Positions 11,950 through 25,079 of a stretch of 64,000 nucleotides of DNA are shown here, piece by piece. Where the stretch lies: contig OX597816.1 in the NCBI GenBank assembly GCA_951406725.2, positions 54,560,001 through 54,624,000 on the forward strand, given 5' to 3'. How positions within the stretch are numbered: position 1 is the stretch's first letter; the number at the start of each line of letters is the position of its first letter. Position numbers and translations under genes: made by a program. The stretch is from Octopus vulgaris (Eukaryota). Under the pieces are notes generated by a model. The model was not told the origin of the DNA, did not search any database, and saw nothing but the letters and a program-made list of their open reading frames with translations.

Positions 11950-14900
11950 CGTGAGTACAGTATACATTTCTCCGGTGATTCTATTGAATATATACGCACG
12001 TACACATGCATCCTGCGATTTTATTAAATTCATAGAGCACTCAGAATTTACACACAGATTTTTCACTTCACACTCATATATCTCTGCTGAAAACTCTCCC
12101 TTTATAACTAACGGGCACATATACAAGACTATACGTATCAAACTATCACAGAATTTCGCAAAACTCAAACACCTTTCACTTTCGAACTACAAATTTCTTC
12201 ATCAAAGCAAAAAGTCTTGCATTATCATATGCATATCATACACATATTTTATTCTTCAAGCATCTGTAAATTTTTATCTACACTAAATCTTCATTATTGT
12301 AGCATACGTTTATACACAACTAAACACTAACGCAAAAAGTAAATCAATAATACACAAACAAATATATTAAAAATAACACAAACTCTAAGATGACCACTCA
12401 ACAAGAAAAATCTAAAAAAGAATTGGTTTGAGAATGAAATACACCTTCTGATAAATTCAGTCTTTCCCAAACGGAGAACAAAGACACATCATGCCGTGAC
12501 CTAATAGCCAGACGCACACTTCACCTTTTCAGAAATCGCTCCGAGAAGCAAATTCAATACAAACTTAAAACAAATTGAAATGGCATTTAAATTAATTAAT
12601 AGACATTTTGTAAAACTCCAACGTGTTTTTTTTTCAAATACTGCTCAACACCTACAACAACAACCACCACCACGGCAACAACAATAGCCACCACAGAAAC
12701 AACAACAAGCATCACAGCAACAAGAAGGACCACCTCAGCAAAAATTAACAACAATCACCATAACAACAAAAATAACAACAACAACAACAACAACAACAAT
12801 CACATCAGGAACAACTGACCCAGCCTCAACCTTTAACACTCCTTAATTCAATCACAACTGATGACCTACATAATGAAACGGTCAACTTCTCAGATTCCAG
12901 CTGTTCACAGCCCATTCAACCAGAGCTTGTTACCCACCCACCAAATCTTCAACAGCAGCAACAATTTCAGAAACAAGTACCACAACAACATCAACAATTA
13001 CAGCTACAACAACCATCTCAAAAACAGCAACTGACACAGCTTCAACATATTACCAGCCCATTTTGTGATCAACCAAATGCTTACTTGAAAACCCCTTAAT
13101 GAATTTGCCAAACACAAATGTACACAAATTAAAATCTATGCCTCTCACAGCCTACTCACGAAACCCTAAAATATGCCGCTTTTCACTGCGCAAGAGGCTG
13201 TGCACCGACACTGATTTCAAATTCACTCATTTACCAGGGACTAGACGTTCAATTTCTACTCAGAACAGTCGCTACCATCAAAGTGCACAATCTAAAACAA
13301 CACCACCACCACCACCACTGCCATCACCCTCACCCAATACTAAATCAAAGTTGAAAAAAAAAACCACTCATGTTACACGGAACCCTAGAGTCTGCCGTTA
13401 TTCCCAGCGTAACAGATTATGTCTACAGCATAATTGTCCATTTACCCATCTCCCGGGGACTCGTCACACAAATAAAAATATAAACGGGATCCCTAACCAA
13501 TACAAAACCCACAACCACAAACATTTCCAGTTCTCCAAACAGAAATCTTTTTTAGCTATAATGAACCTGGCAAAAGAGCTACAAAAGAACATTCTAGTCA
13601 TCACACAAGGCCATTCACCACCACCACTCTATCGCACAAACTCCCATTGCTGCTATTAACAAGCAAATCACCAAAACAATCAAAACCAGTTACCACTATT
13701 GCCTCAACTTTTTCTCAATGCACAAGGCATCAGCCCTTCCACCAATGCTCCAAAATGGAAGATCCAATTTATTGAGGACTGAGTTAATGACCATCCACAC
13801 CATATCCCTTTCCTTGTCCCCACAGACACCCATCTCAATAGCCTCCACTTGGAAGCTGAGGTGAGAGAGAAGAATTTTACAGCCATCCGCGCAGATCGTG
13901 TCGGCAGAAGAAAGGGTGGGACCGCCATTTTCGTGCATGATTCTTTTTCGGCTGAAGCAATGGACGTGTTTACCAATGGCTACTGTGAAGCAGCTTCTGT
14001 GTTTAGTAAAACCGACAATTTAATAATAGTTGGCCTCCACAGGCCACCCCTGTCTCCTTTTGTACGCTTCAAGGTATGCCTCAACAGTATTAAGTGTTTC
14101 ATCCATCAGTGTCATGCTGACAACATATACATGATGGGGGACTTCAACCTTCCCAGTGTTGATTGGTCCACAAACAGCTTGAAACTAAGTTTTTCCACCT
14201 CAACGCTTAATAAGGAAACAACCGAATTGACTTTTGATTTTATGGATGAGTTTTTCTTGACCCAACTTGTTCTCGAACCAATAAGGTGTCACAAAAACAC
14301 CTGGGACCTCGTGATCAGTAACCACACTGACACTATCCTCAATATTGCAGTGGAAAAAACATCACTACTCTCAGACCATGACATGGTTCTCTGCGATCTG
14401 AGATTCTACCACCCAAAGATCAATTCCAGTGACATTTCTTCACTCTATCCATTTGACACTATGGATCTTCATAACGCAGACTGGGATGCTATCAATCATG
14501 ATCTTTCACAAGTTGATTGGGCCTTCACGCACGCACCCCACCCCAACTAACATAAACACATCATGACAGACATTTTGTAGATACTGTAACAAATATATAC
14601 GCAAAACATACTCCATTAAGATCAGTATACAAATCTAAGTGCAGAATCCCTAGAAATAGAAGAGCAATTATCAGAAAAATAAAAAGAATTAACAAAAAAA
14701 TCAACCAGCTTAAATACTGCCAGCAACGATGCACCCATTTGACTGCTATTGCATCACTCGAATCGAAAAAGCACAACCGCCAAAAAAAGCATGATGATCA
14801 TCATTAGCAGTCAAAGAGCAACTGAGGAGAATTGGGCCATTGAGAAAATAAAACTCAATCCCAAAGTGTTCTTTTCATTTGCAAAAAATCATAAAGACGC

Positions 14901-15235
14901 TGTTTCCACTGTTGATCCTCTGATTGATGCGAACAACACTCTACATGATGATGTAAAATCCATGTGCGAGATACTGCAGAGACAATACTGCTCTGTCTTC
15001 AGTAGCCCTAATGTGGTTGATCTAGCTAGTATCAGTAATGTAAACCCTCAACTAACGATATCTGACATAAGTTTTGGTGCTCCTGATATCCTAACAGAAA
15101 TAGATAAGATCAAGCAGAACTTGACAGTAGGTCCCGGTAAGTTCCCCACCACTGTTCTGCAGATGTGTCGACATCAAATTGTACCCCCTCTAGCTGAGCT
15201 CTGGAGAAACTCACTTGATGCAGGCTACATTCCCG
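11950..15235 (+). mobile_element. CR1-type LINE, 5' portion (Q-rich ORF1 with tandem CCCH motifs; ORF2 APE endonuclease, truncated before the RT core)
   Basis: ORF2 motifs TDTHL, RADRVGRRKGGTAIFV, MGDFNLP, WDLVISN, SDHDMV and KIKLNPKVFFSFAK; stops and frameshifts present. Confidence 0.85.
13700..15235 (+). pseudogene. LINE ORF2 (APE endonuclease + linker), disrupted
   Basis: ORFs 13849-14550 and 14749-15330 are consecutive pieces of one ORF2; the sequence switches to unrelated DNA after AGYIPD. Confidence 0.85.
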
Positions 15236-15239
15236 ATCA

Positions 15240-15620
15240 TTACTATCGTAGACCAACTTCTCGCCTTAACCCTAATACGATATGTAGTTGCATTAACCCT
15301 GCTACACATCACAACACCCTTAGAATCTAAATTCTTAGTGATATAGACATCCGACGTCATGTAAAAACTGCTAATCCATCACATGACAACGTTGGCATTA
15401 CCACTGACACGTTTAAGTTACGGTATAATGATCGTCTTCACATTAACACCAATTGAATAAATATAAATAAAACATGGTTATTCGGTTTTATGAGGGGTTT
15501 AACGAAACAAGATTTCTGCTTCTGAGACAAAATTCTATCGTTCACCAGATCTTTACAATATCCCGACTTTCAACAGTTTTACCGAAAAAGGGTTTTCTTT
15601 CACGGCCATAACAGGAGTAA
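15240..15620 (+). mobile_element. Penelope-like GIY-YIG fragment
   Basis: CSCINP..HVKTAN..NVGITTDTFKLRYND resembles the PLE YxGxTxxxFKxRYxxH motif. Confidence 0.6.
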
Positions 15621-15660
15621 CCCAAATATTACGATGACGACAACAACAACAACACAAAAG

Positions 15661-15697
<37 letters not shown>

Positions 15698-16344
15698 TTT
15701 TATCGACTTCCATTTATAGTACGTAAAAACCTATACTATAAGCACACGTCACACGCCAGTCTATATCACAATGGCTCCTATATTATTGCCCTTACTTGTT
15801 CGTTTTCTACCTCTCTACCTCACAAGCCGTTCCTCAACTTCTGCATCTCGTCTCTCTGCTAACACTCAATCCCATTGCTATTCACTCATTTATTAATCAT
15901 CACAAAGAATAACTTTCCATTTCCTGGTTGCAACAAACAATTTATTAATATTTTATACACATAGCTCCTTTTACAAACAGACCTCCCCCCCCCCCGCCAC
16001 TCATCTAAACCAATGTAATGCTCCAAAACATTTAACCAGTATTTATTATTTACTTATCTTTCTCATCTTTCGTCTTTGCTAAACTCAACCATTTCCAACG
16101 AAACCATTCCAATCTCTTCTACAACCAAGATTTTCCCCTCAAGCTGATTCTCCAGTAATTTCAATCTTGACTTTTAGTTTTGTTGCTTTTTGATTAAGCA
16201 TTGACATGAAAAAAAAACTTTCTCCGTTCTGAACCTCTATTAATAATACATGCACAAAGACATGCGCGCACGCATGAGCACAATACTCAAACTCATATAT
16301 AGATACATATACACGCATGTAAATACATATACGTATAAATATGC

Positions 16345-16757
<413 letters not shown>

Positions 16758-17642
16758 GGGTGTGTTAGTGTATTTTTTTTATCTATGCCTTCGAAACAAA
16801 CTCATTTAATTTCCTACACCGAGATGACTCTCTCACAACCAATCATAAGACACCAGCCAAATTTTAATGCACCTCCATTTTGTTTGCTTCCATATTTCGC
16901 ACAATTATTTATTATTTCACTTTTCCATGTCTTTACAATATTTTTTCCTATTCCATGTAGCTATGTTTACAATATTAAAGTCTTCTATATATTACCGTCT
17001 GTAGCTTAAGTTAAATAGCCACCAAATTATTCTCGTTCCTATGAACTCTTTAACCAAAGGTTCGAAAATACACCACACTAATTCCGTTTATTCTCTAAGG
17101 TAACAGAAAAGAATATTATTATCATATTTTATTAATATTATTGATAATAGTTGATGATTTATTTTCCTTCTCATCTATTTCTTACATAGATTTCTTTACT
17201 ATTTACATTAATAATCTTTTCCATCTATGGTAAACCTATTTACACATTAACAAATCTAGTTTCTTTTGGAAATAATATATTTTTCTCCTCTTTTCAAAGC
17301 AATCATATAAACATGTCTCCATCTGTCCTCTTCCTTTGCATTCTCTTTCTTAACTCACACATTTTCTTCCCAGTTAAAAAAGACTGAATCAAGTTCTACA
17401 AACTCCATTTCTATTTTCTTTCTCCTAACTGTCTTTGTAAACAAATCCTATTTTTCAACCCGCCAAGTTTACTGGTTTATTTGTAATTCTACTGTTACGC
17501 AATCGGTTGTGTCCTTATAAGGAAACCTTAGCTTAACATAACTCCACCTCAATTTTGTCTATATAGTCCTCAGTCGTACTTGGCAAAAATATCTTAAACA
17601 CGATTTCGTTACAAAAGTTCAAAACGGTGTGTTTCAAAGGTG

Positions 17643-17676
<34 letters not shown>

Positions 17677-17677
17677 T

Positions 17678-17711
<34 letters not shown>

Positions 17712-17712
17712 T

Positions 17713-17746
<34 letters not shown>

Positions 17747-17747
17747 T

Positions 17748-17780
<33 letters not shown>

Positions 17781-18193
17781 ATATTTATATATATGCCTTC
17801 GAAACACGTTATGTCTGCTAGTGACAGCTGATGAAGGGGATTTTTCCTTGTGTAGCATGTCCTGAACCTCGTTTTTCTGCTGTACATAATGTTTTTCCCG
17901 TTTTCGTTTTCATCCTGTTCCACGTCTCTGTCCTTCTGTTGTAACAAAATGGCTTTTCCGTTTTCGTTTCTGTTGAGTTTTACGTCTTTTTGTGGTGTCC
18001 TGTACGTATATATATTTATATATGCATGTATATATACATGTAGATGTCGGTACGTACATATATGTTTGTATGTATGCATATATTTTATTTATTACACTAT
18101 TGTCTGACAGCGCTTCGCGTCGGGTTCGTTTGAATTTTCGATTTTTCGAATTTTCGCTTCCTTCCGTCTCTTTCCTCCCAGTTTGTTTTATAG

Positions 18194-18252
<59 letters not shown>

Positions 18253-18605
18253 TGCATGCATGTATATATATATATATGTTTGTATGTATACATATATGTG
18301 TATAACTGTGTGTGTTGGTATGTATATATATTTGTATATATTTATATATATGTGTGTGAAAGGGAAAATGAAGACATTTTTCATTTCTCTTATATATATA
18401 TATACGCCGAGACTCTTTCAGTTTCCGTCTGCCAAATCCACTCACATGGGTTTATGTGCATATATATATATATATATATATATAATAGAAATAGGTTTCA
18501 AAGAAAAAAGAGTACACGTGGTATAAATAGGAGGAAAGTAAAAAGAAAAAAAGAGAAAATGCACATTATATAAAAAAATGATGGACTTTTTTATGAAACG
18601 TAAAG

Positions 18606-18662
<57 letters not shown>

Positions 18663-18679
18663 TAAATATAAATTTATAA

Positions 18680-18972
18680 ATAAGGATAATATCGATATTA
18701 TCAAGTGGCCAGCATGGGAATAAATACCATACAAAGGTAATAATTTTTTACAACTAAAAATAAGAGTGTCTGAGAGACACCACCATGCCGAAATAGCAGT
18801 CAAATCCCTGACTCTAAAAACCACCTTAAGTGTTCATATCGCACCATGAGATAAGACAGAGGGACAAAATAGACTAGCAAAAAGATATTACTGAATAATT
18901 CCAGATCCTGGATTTCTAGCTTTGCTTCAAATAAGCTCTGCTTTCATCAGTTGAATATATCAGATGGGCACA
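18680..18972 (-). mobile_element. Penelope-type pLTR/retrozyme-like repeat with hammerhead motif (18898-18956)
   Basis: Homologous to 45672-45980; minus strand ATTCAA-CTGATGA-AAGC..GCTA-GAAAT-CCAGG-ATC-TGGAAT; flanked by (TA)n. Confidence 0.7.
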
Positions 18973-18985
18973 TATATATAAATAA

Positions 18986-19021
<36 letters not shown>

Positions 19022-19376
19022 CAAACGTTATACTTACATATACGGACGTCCATACATAAATATATATGCACGTTTCTACAAGGTCAGTTCAAATTGCTCG
19101 CCAACCACCTCATAAGCACGATATGGTCAAAATAAACGCCGCAGTGAATATAGTGGCGAATTATATTATTTATAAATAAGGATAATATCGATATTATCAA
19201 TTTAAAGTGGTTTTTAGAGTCAGGGATTTGATTGCCATTTCGGCATGATGGTGTCTCTCAGACACCCTTATTTTTAGTTATATATATATATATATATATT
19301 TACATTTCATAAAAAAGCCGCTATTTTTTATATCCAATGTGCATTTTCTCTTTTTTCTTCTTGCCTTCACACACAC

Positions 19377-19423
<47 letters not shown>

Positions 19424-19494
19424 CACACACACCATATATATATATATATATATATATATACAGTATACATACATTTTTGTATAAAGAGTAATGA

Positions 19495-19785
19495 TCCCCT
19501 TCTGTCATGAGTGGCCATGGGATTTTACCTCGGCAGTTCTCCGAGTCACAAGTCCAGACAAGGTTGTTTATGGAAGGCCAGTCGTCACCCATGCATACCA
19601 GTCTCTCCTCTTCACGCCACTGATGTTATTCAAGGGGAAGGTAAAGGGGCCGATACGGCTTGGCACCAGCGACGTCGTAACTCGTTTATTTAACTGAGTA
19701 AACTGGAGCTATGTGAAATAAAGTATCAGGTTGAAGAACACTACTCAGAGCCCGATTTAATACCCGTCGCTCTAACCACTGAGCT
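19495..19785 (-). mobile_element. SINE family C variant (RTE-like tail)
   Basis: Reverse-complement homology to 57325-57620 (GCTCAGTGGTTAGAGC head; CTTCCATAAAC tail). Confidence 0.7.
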
Positions 19786-19790
19786 CTAAC

Positions 19791-22010
19791 CAGACCTTCA
19801 GAAAATTAATTAATTAAATTAAAACCTACTTGAAAGTCGAATCTATTCGGAGGTAAAGATATACAAAATAGGTGTTCAATTCCTGCATGTTGAGTAAACA
19901 GCTGCGAACCGTTAATTGATAAAATTTATACATAAAGAACATAGTGTAAAAAATGGTAGATTCCTTAGAAGGGGAGTAAGGCTGTGTATACTGGAGTTGT
20001 AAATTTATATTTATTACTTACCAGGTATATACGTTTTATTTTTATACAAGTATTTGTATTTTATCCTCTCTTATTCATATTGCTTGGATTATTAATTTAA
20101 TTACTATATATTATTATAAACTCCATATTTATTTTGTACACATGCTATGTTTACAGTATATCTTGCACCTATCTCATAATGCTTCAACTTTATTGTTCCA
20201 TTATTGTAGTTAATAATTACAATGTGCATTTGTCTATTCATAACTAAAATTTTACAGCTAACCTTTTCATTATTTTCTGATTAATTGGCTTTACCAGTTA
20301 AACTATATTTGGTCCTATTTTCCCTTATATATATAAACTATAATTACAGCTTTTCTTATACCTATCTCCCATTAAATTAAACATTGTTCCTTCTATTCTT
20401 CCAGCATTTTATTAATTAAATATTTTATTTTTTCTTCCTATTATTGGTAGAATGTTTTAATCCACTTAACTTATTATTCAACATAGTATTTTTACCTCAT
20501 ACCTTTGCACTCCTCTCTAAGAATGTAATATGCATATTTTCTATCTAGGACAATTTACTTATTCGCTTTGCTTAACTATTTATTAAGTACATCTTCTTGA
20601 CTGTTTGTTTTCAATTGGTTTTCATATTTGGCCCTTTCTCCACCTACCCCCTAGCATGCAAAATGATATCTTTTATAATTCTTCTGTATCCTCCTCTCTC
20701 TCTTTAAGCGTATGTCAATCTCATGTATAATAATCTTAATGTTTTTTCTATCTACTTACATGAATGTTTACATTCACCGGATCGTATTTTGTGTATGCGT
20801 CTAATTTAGATTGTTCCTAGATTGTGAAAGCTCTTCCCTTCTAAATTAGCTTCATTGTGCAATATGAACCAAATCTGTAACGATTTCCTAACTCACTGTA
20901 AAGAACACTTATTTAGTTCTACCTATTTTCATTTTGGTATTTCCCTAAATTAGATTATTCGTAGATTTTCTTTAGCCATTCACATCTATATGAATATCTA
21001 CTTCCGGTTTTGAGGGCTTTATATTTAATTATTTATATATTTAACTGTTTAAATATTATCTTTGATAAATTTTAATTTAACTTGCTGAATTAACCAAATC
21101 TAAACCCTTATTATCTCTTTTATTTGCATACTTTTATTCCCTTTAATTCATAATTTGTATTTATTTATGTTAAATACTATATCTCCGTACCTGAGCAACT
21201 TAACATATTTGCATCCGGCATCTCACCAAACGAACGCTGCGTATCTGAAATTTTAAAATTAAATTTTGTCCAATAGTTCTTTATCTTTATTAGACTAGTT
21301 CAATAATAAATATTTAAAGGGTGAAAGGTAATGATTTATAATTCTTTATTCATTCGCTTATTTTTCTCTCTCTATTCTCACTTTTTATCTATTTTGATTT
21401 ATTTACCTTACTTTATTCTTGTTTTTATTTTATAATTTTTATGTACCTTAATTTTAAGTTAATATTCTTATTGATCTTTTCACACTTTCGATATTTATAA
21501 TAAATAATAAATTGCCTGAATTTCCTCCACCTTAATTGAATATTAATAGCTATACAGACTTGAATTAAACCCTACATGCTAATTTTATATTGATTTAATA
21601 AGGATAGACATAATAGCACAATATGACCTTTTTACCAATTGTATCTACTTCAGCTTTCTTATACCTAACACCCCAGATGAATATATTGTTATATTCTTAC
21701 TTTACAACTCCAGTATACACAACCTTACTCCCCTTCTATGGTCTCTTCATTTCTTGCACTATGTTCTTTATTTATAAATTTTATCAGTTAACGGTTTGCA
21801 GCCGTTTACTCAACATGCAGGAATTGAACGCCAATATCTTTATCTACCTCTGATGAGATTCGACTTTCAAATAATTTTAAATTTGATTAAGTAATTTTCT
21901 GAATGTCTGGAATTGAAACAGCTGTAAGGTTGTCAATTTTTTAACTAATGATTTATTAATTAACTCTCTATTTTCTCGTCTTATTATTATTATGATTATT
22001 ATTATTATTA
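19791..22010 (-). mobile_element. Penelope-like element: N-terminal ORF remnant between inverted pLTR copies
   Basis: About 210 bp inverted repeat (19791-20003 vs 21701-21909); the internal minus strand has KSFHNL and KGPNMK-like PLE N-terminal motifs; hammerhead in the right copy. Confidence 0.6.
21846..21930 (+). ncRNA. Type I hammerhead ribozyme with intact core and long stem II
   Basis: Stem I ACCT/AGGT; CTGATGA; stem II GATTC(GAC)..(GTC)TG-GAATT; GAAAC; palindromic stem III ACAGCTGT; GUA triplet. Confidence 0.8.
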
Positions 22011-22012
22011 TC

Positions 22013-22066
<54 letters not shown>

Positions 22067-22071
22067 CATAT

Positions 22072-22430
22072 CAGGGTAAGAAAAAAATTTAGAAAATGTC
22101 TACTACCAGTGGCCCAGCTTGTAGAAAATAGACTGTATATTATTCATATAAATACTGTGTATATTTAAGCACATAAGAGATGACCATCATAGGACACCTA
22201 ACATGCTAGAAGGAGTAGCCAAATCCAAACCACTACTAGGGACAAAATTCAAAGGGAAAGGAAATTGAAAACATTTACCATCTATCTCCTGGACCATGGT
22301 TTCTAGCTCTAGACTAGCAAATAAAATAATTTGCTAGGCGGCCCCTTCATCAACAGGTACGCAAAGGTTAACATATAGATACGAGGCAATACAGCATGTG
22401 CTCGTGCTTATACAGTATAATCTTTCAAAT
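22072..22430 (-). mobile_element. pLTR/retrozyme-like repeat with hammerhead motif (22288-22357)
   Basis: Minus strand CCTG-TTGATGA..CTAGCAAAT/ATTTGCTAG hairpin..GAAAC-CATG-GTC-CAGG; located between (TA)n tracts. Confidence 0.65.
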
Positions 22431-22463
22431 GCACTGCGCTAGCGTAGTTTTTTGTCGGCAGTA

Positions 22464-22500
<37 letters not shown>

Positions 22501-22550
22501 GCACAATTTATTCGCGATCAGGGTTGTTCGAAAACCGAGGTACTACTGTA

Positions 22551-22645
<95 letters not shown>

Positions 22646-22769
22646 GTATCTATCTATCTATCTACATACACTATATCGATAGATATATGTGTGTACTTAT
22701 CTATTTATATATCTCTCAGTAGATATATGAGCAGTGTATGTTAGTCCACTCCCGCCATCAGACCTATCA

Positions 22770-22930
22770 GATGAACAAGGAGCATGAAACTGCTCGGTGG
22801 GTCACACGTCAGATGTGGAAGTGATCGGAGAACAACGTGAAATATAATGTTTTGTATCGCCCTGTCCGGGAATCGAAATGACGATCTTGCAATCGTTACA
22901 CCTTAATCTCAATGTTATATGCTCCCACAC
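22770..22930 (-). mobile_element. SINE family C, degenerate fragment
   Basis: CAACGTGAAAT..CCGGGAATCGAA..ACGATCTT matches the family C head region. Confidence 0.55.
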
Positions 22931-23255
22931 ACAGCAGACTCACAGCAGACATACACACACACACACACACGCACTCAAACACGCACCTACACGCACATAC
23001 ACACACACTTAGACAGCTTTGTGGAGACTAGAGACGAAGAATTAGTCTGAATATTTGGTGTTGGTGTTATCTGAAGAAAAGTATTTTCTTGTTGATTGTT
23101 GTGAGGTCAAGATCTGTTAATCCGATCAGCTGACACTTGGAAATCTTCTTACTGGATTTAGTATTTGGTATCATTTTCTCTCCAGTTATTGATGCTGATT
23201 TTCTGAATCAGCTGCTGTATCTTTGAGAAATCTGTATAATACACACACGCGCGCG

Positions 23256-23286
<31 letters not shown>

Positions 23287-23959
23287 ATACATGATCAAAT
23301 CGAATAATCGAACATTAAAACCAACAATAACGAAACAACAAGCACATGGAATGAAATACTTTATCGCTCGGTAAAGGTGGACAAAAAAGAGACGATTTTT
23401 GACGTTTTGAGTTTTAACTCTTCGTCATAGAGGAAAACAGAAAAGTTCAGAGAAAGAAAACTATCAGTTCAGAGAAAGAAAACTATCGTTAACAGTACGT
23501 GTATAGTTACATGTATGAAGTGGCTGGAAGTGGAAAGGGATAAGGAAAGTGGTTTAGGAGGCCAAGGGAGTGTGAAGATGACCACTGCGTGTGTGTGTGA
23601 TAGTATCTGTGTGCGTGTGTGTTAGAGTTTATGTGAGTGAAGTATGTATAAGGGAGTGAATCAACGACCATGTTAGTGGCTGGCGTTCCATTCGGTGGTG
23701 ACAGGCGAAATAAATGTGTGTGTGTGGAGGGGTTGGCTGTGTGTACGTATGTGAGTGTGAGAATATGTGTGTATGTGCGTATGAGTGAGTGTAGAATTGT
23801 GCGTGTGTAGGCATACGTATGTATATGTATATATATACATACCAAGAAATACACACATATGTATATATGTGTGTGTGTGTATGTATACCGGAGTAAACAC
23901 ATAAATGTGAAACAAGGTGGAAAAAAGAGTACTCAAATACCAGTGGTAGAGTAATATGT

Positions 23960-24115
23960 TTTATTTAAAGCAGCAGAAAATTTAACAAAACCTGTTACTC
24001 TGAGTTTCACGTTCCCGTTCGTCGGACAGTTTTTGCTAGAAAAAACTGTCCGACGAACGGGAACGTGAAACTCCGAGTAACAGGTTTTGTTGAATTTTCT
24101 GCTGCTTTAAATAAA
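23960..24115. repeat. Foldback palindrome with 75-bp arms, each carrying a minimal hammerhead-like motif
   Basis: 23960-24034 vs 24041-24115, two mismatches, 6-nt loop; CTGT-CCGACGA-ACG-GGAA-CGT-GAAAC-TCCGA-GTA-ACAG. Confidence 0.9.
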
Positions 24116-24449
24116 TTATATATATATATATATTATTTGCGTTTGTATTTTCTTGCTCCAATCGCTGAATCGCTGGCATGTGCGAGGACAAAAACCGTTT
24201 CTGGCGGAATGCGAAAGAAGTAAAGTGATTCTGTTGTTTTTGTGATTTAACTCCAAGTCAACCCTGAGTCAATAAATTTATGATCAAAGACGCCACGCTT
24301 CGGACATCTCGGTTTCCTTTTATCTATATAAAGCTTACATCTCTATAAGCTCAAACTGTATGCTGAGTTTTCAGGGAGATTTGGGTATTATTTCTAACAC
24401 CTCGAATGACTATAGTAATACCTCTTCCAATCAGATAAAGTTCATAAAA

Positions 24450-25000
24450 GGATATAAAAATAAGAAATGTTTTGCACAAGAAATTTTGTCAGATATTTTC
24501 AAATGATGGTGTTTTTCGCCTGAAGCTATTTTCTCTTCTTTATGAATTACAGATTTCACAGATAATGCAAGTGTCTCTTAACATTATTTAAAATTTTAAT
24601 ACTTGTGCTTTTACATGATTATGTTTGGCTTTCATAGTTAAACCTTCAGCAGAGAAATAAGTATTGTGCTTCACGAGATTTAGGATTTGTCACGTTCTTC
24701 TTAACATTCTAAAATTAGAGCGGTACATGGAGTGAGTTCTACGCACAAACAGTCTTGCAGTAGTTCGTCACGTTCCGAGTTCGGACCAAAGCGAGAAGGA
24801 CTCTATCATTAATGCGTCCAAGGTTAATGAAATAATTATTAGTGAAATACGAGTCGGTTAATTTATCTAAATTCATATTACTCTCAAAATGTTTCAAGTT
24901 TCTTTCAAAATGGTCCATGTCTTCTTGGAGGAAATATATGTGGATACTTATGGATGAAAACATTCCACTTGTCATCATACACCCTTTGTTTCAAACACAG
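24450..25000 (-). mobile_element. Highly decayed Penelope-like RT fragment
   Basis: MTSGMFSSISIH and FTNNYFINLGRINDRV resemble PLE RT motifs DVxSLYTNIPH and LxNNYFxFxxxxYxQ. Confidence 0.45.
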
Positions 25001-25079
25001 AATACTAAGAACTACATTAATCAAAGTATACACCCTGCCGGAAGAATAACCACTTAGAGGTAACAGCTTACTATAATTT

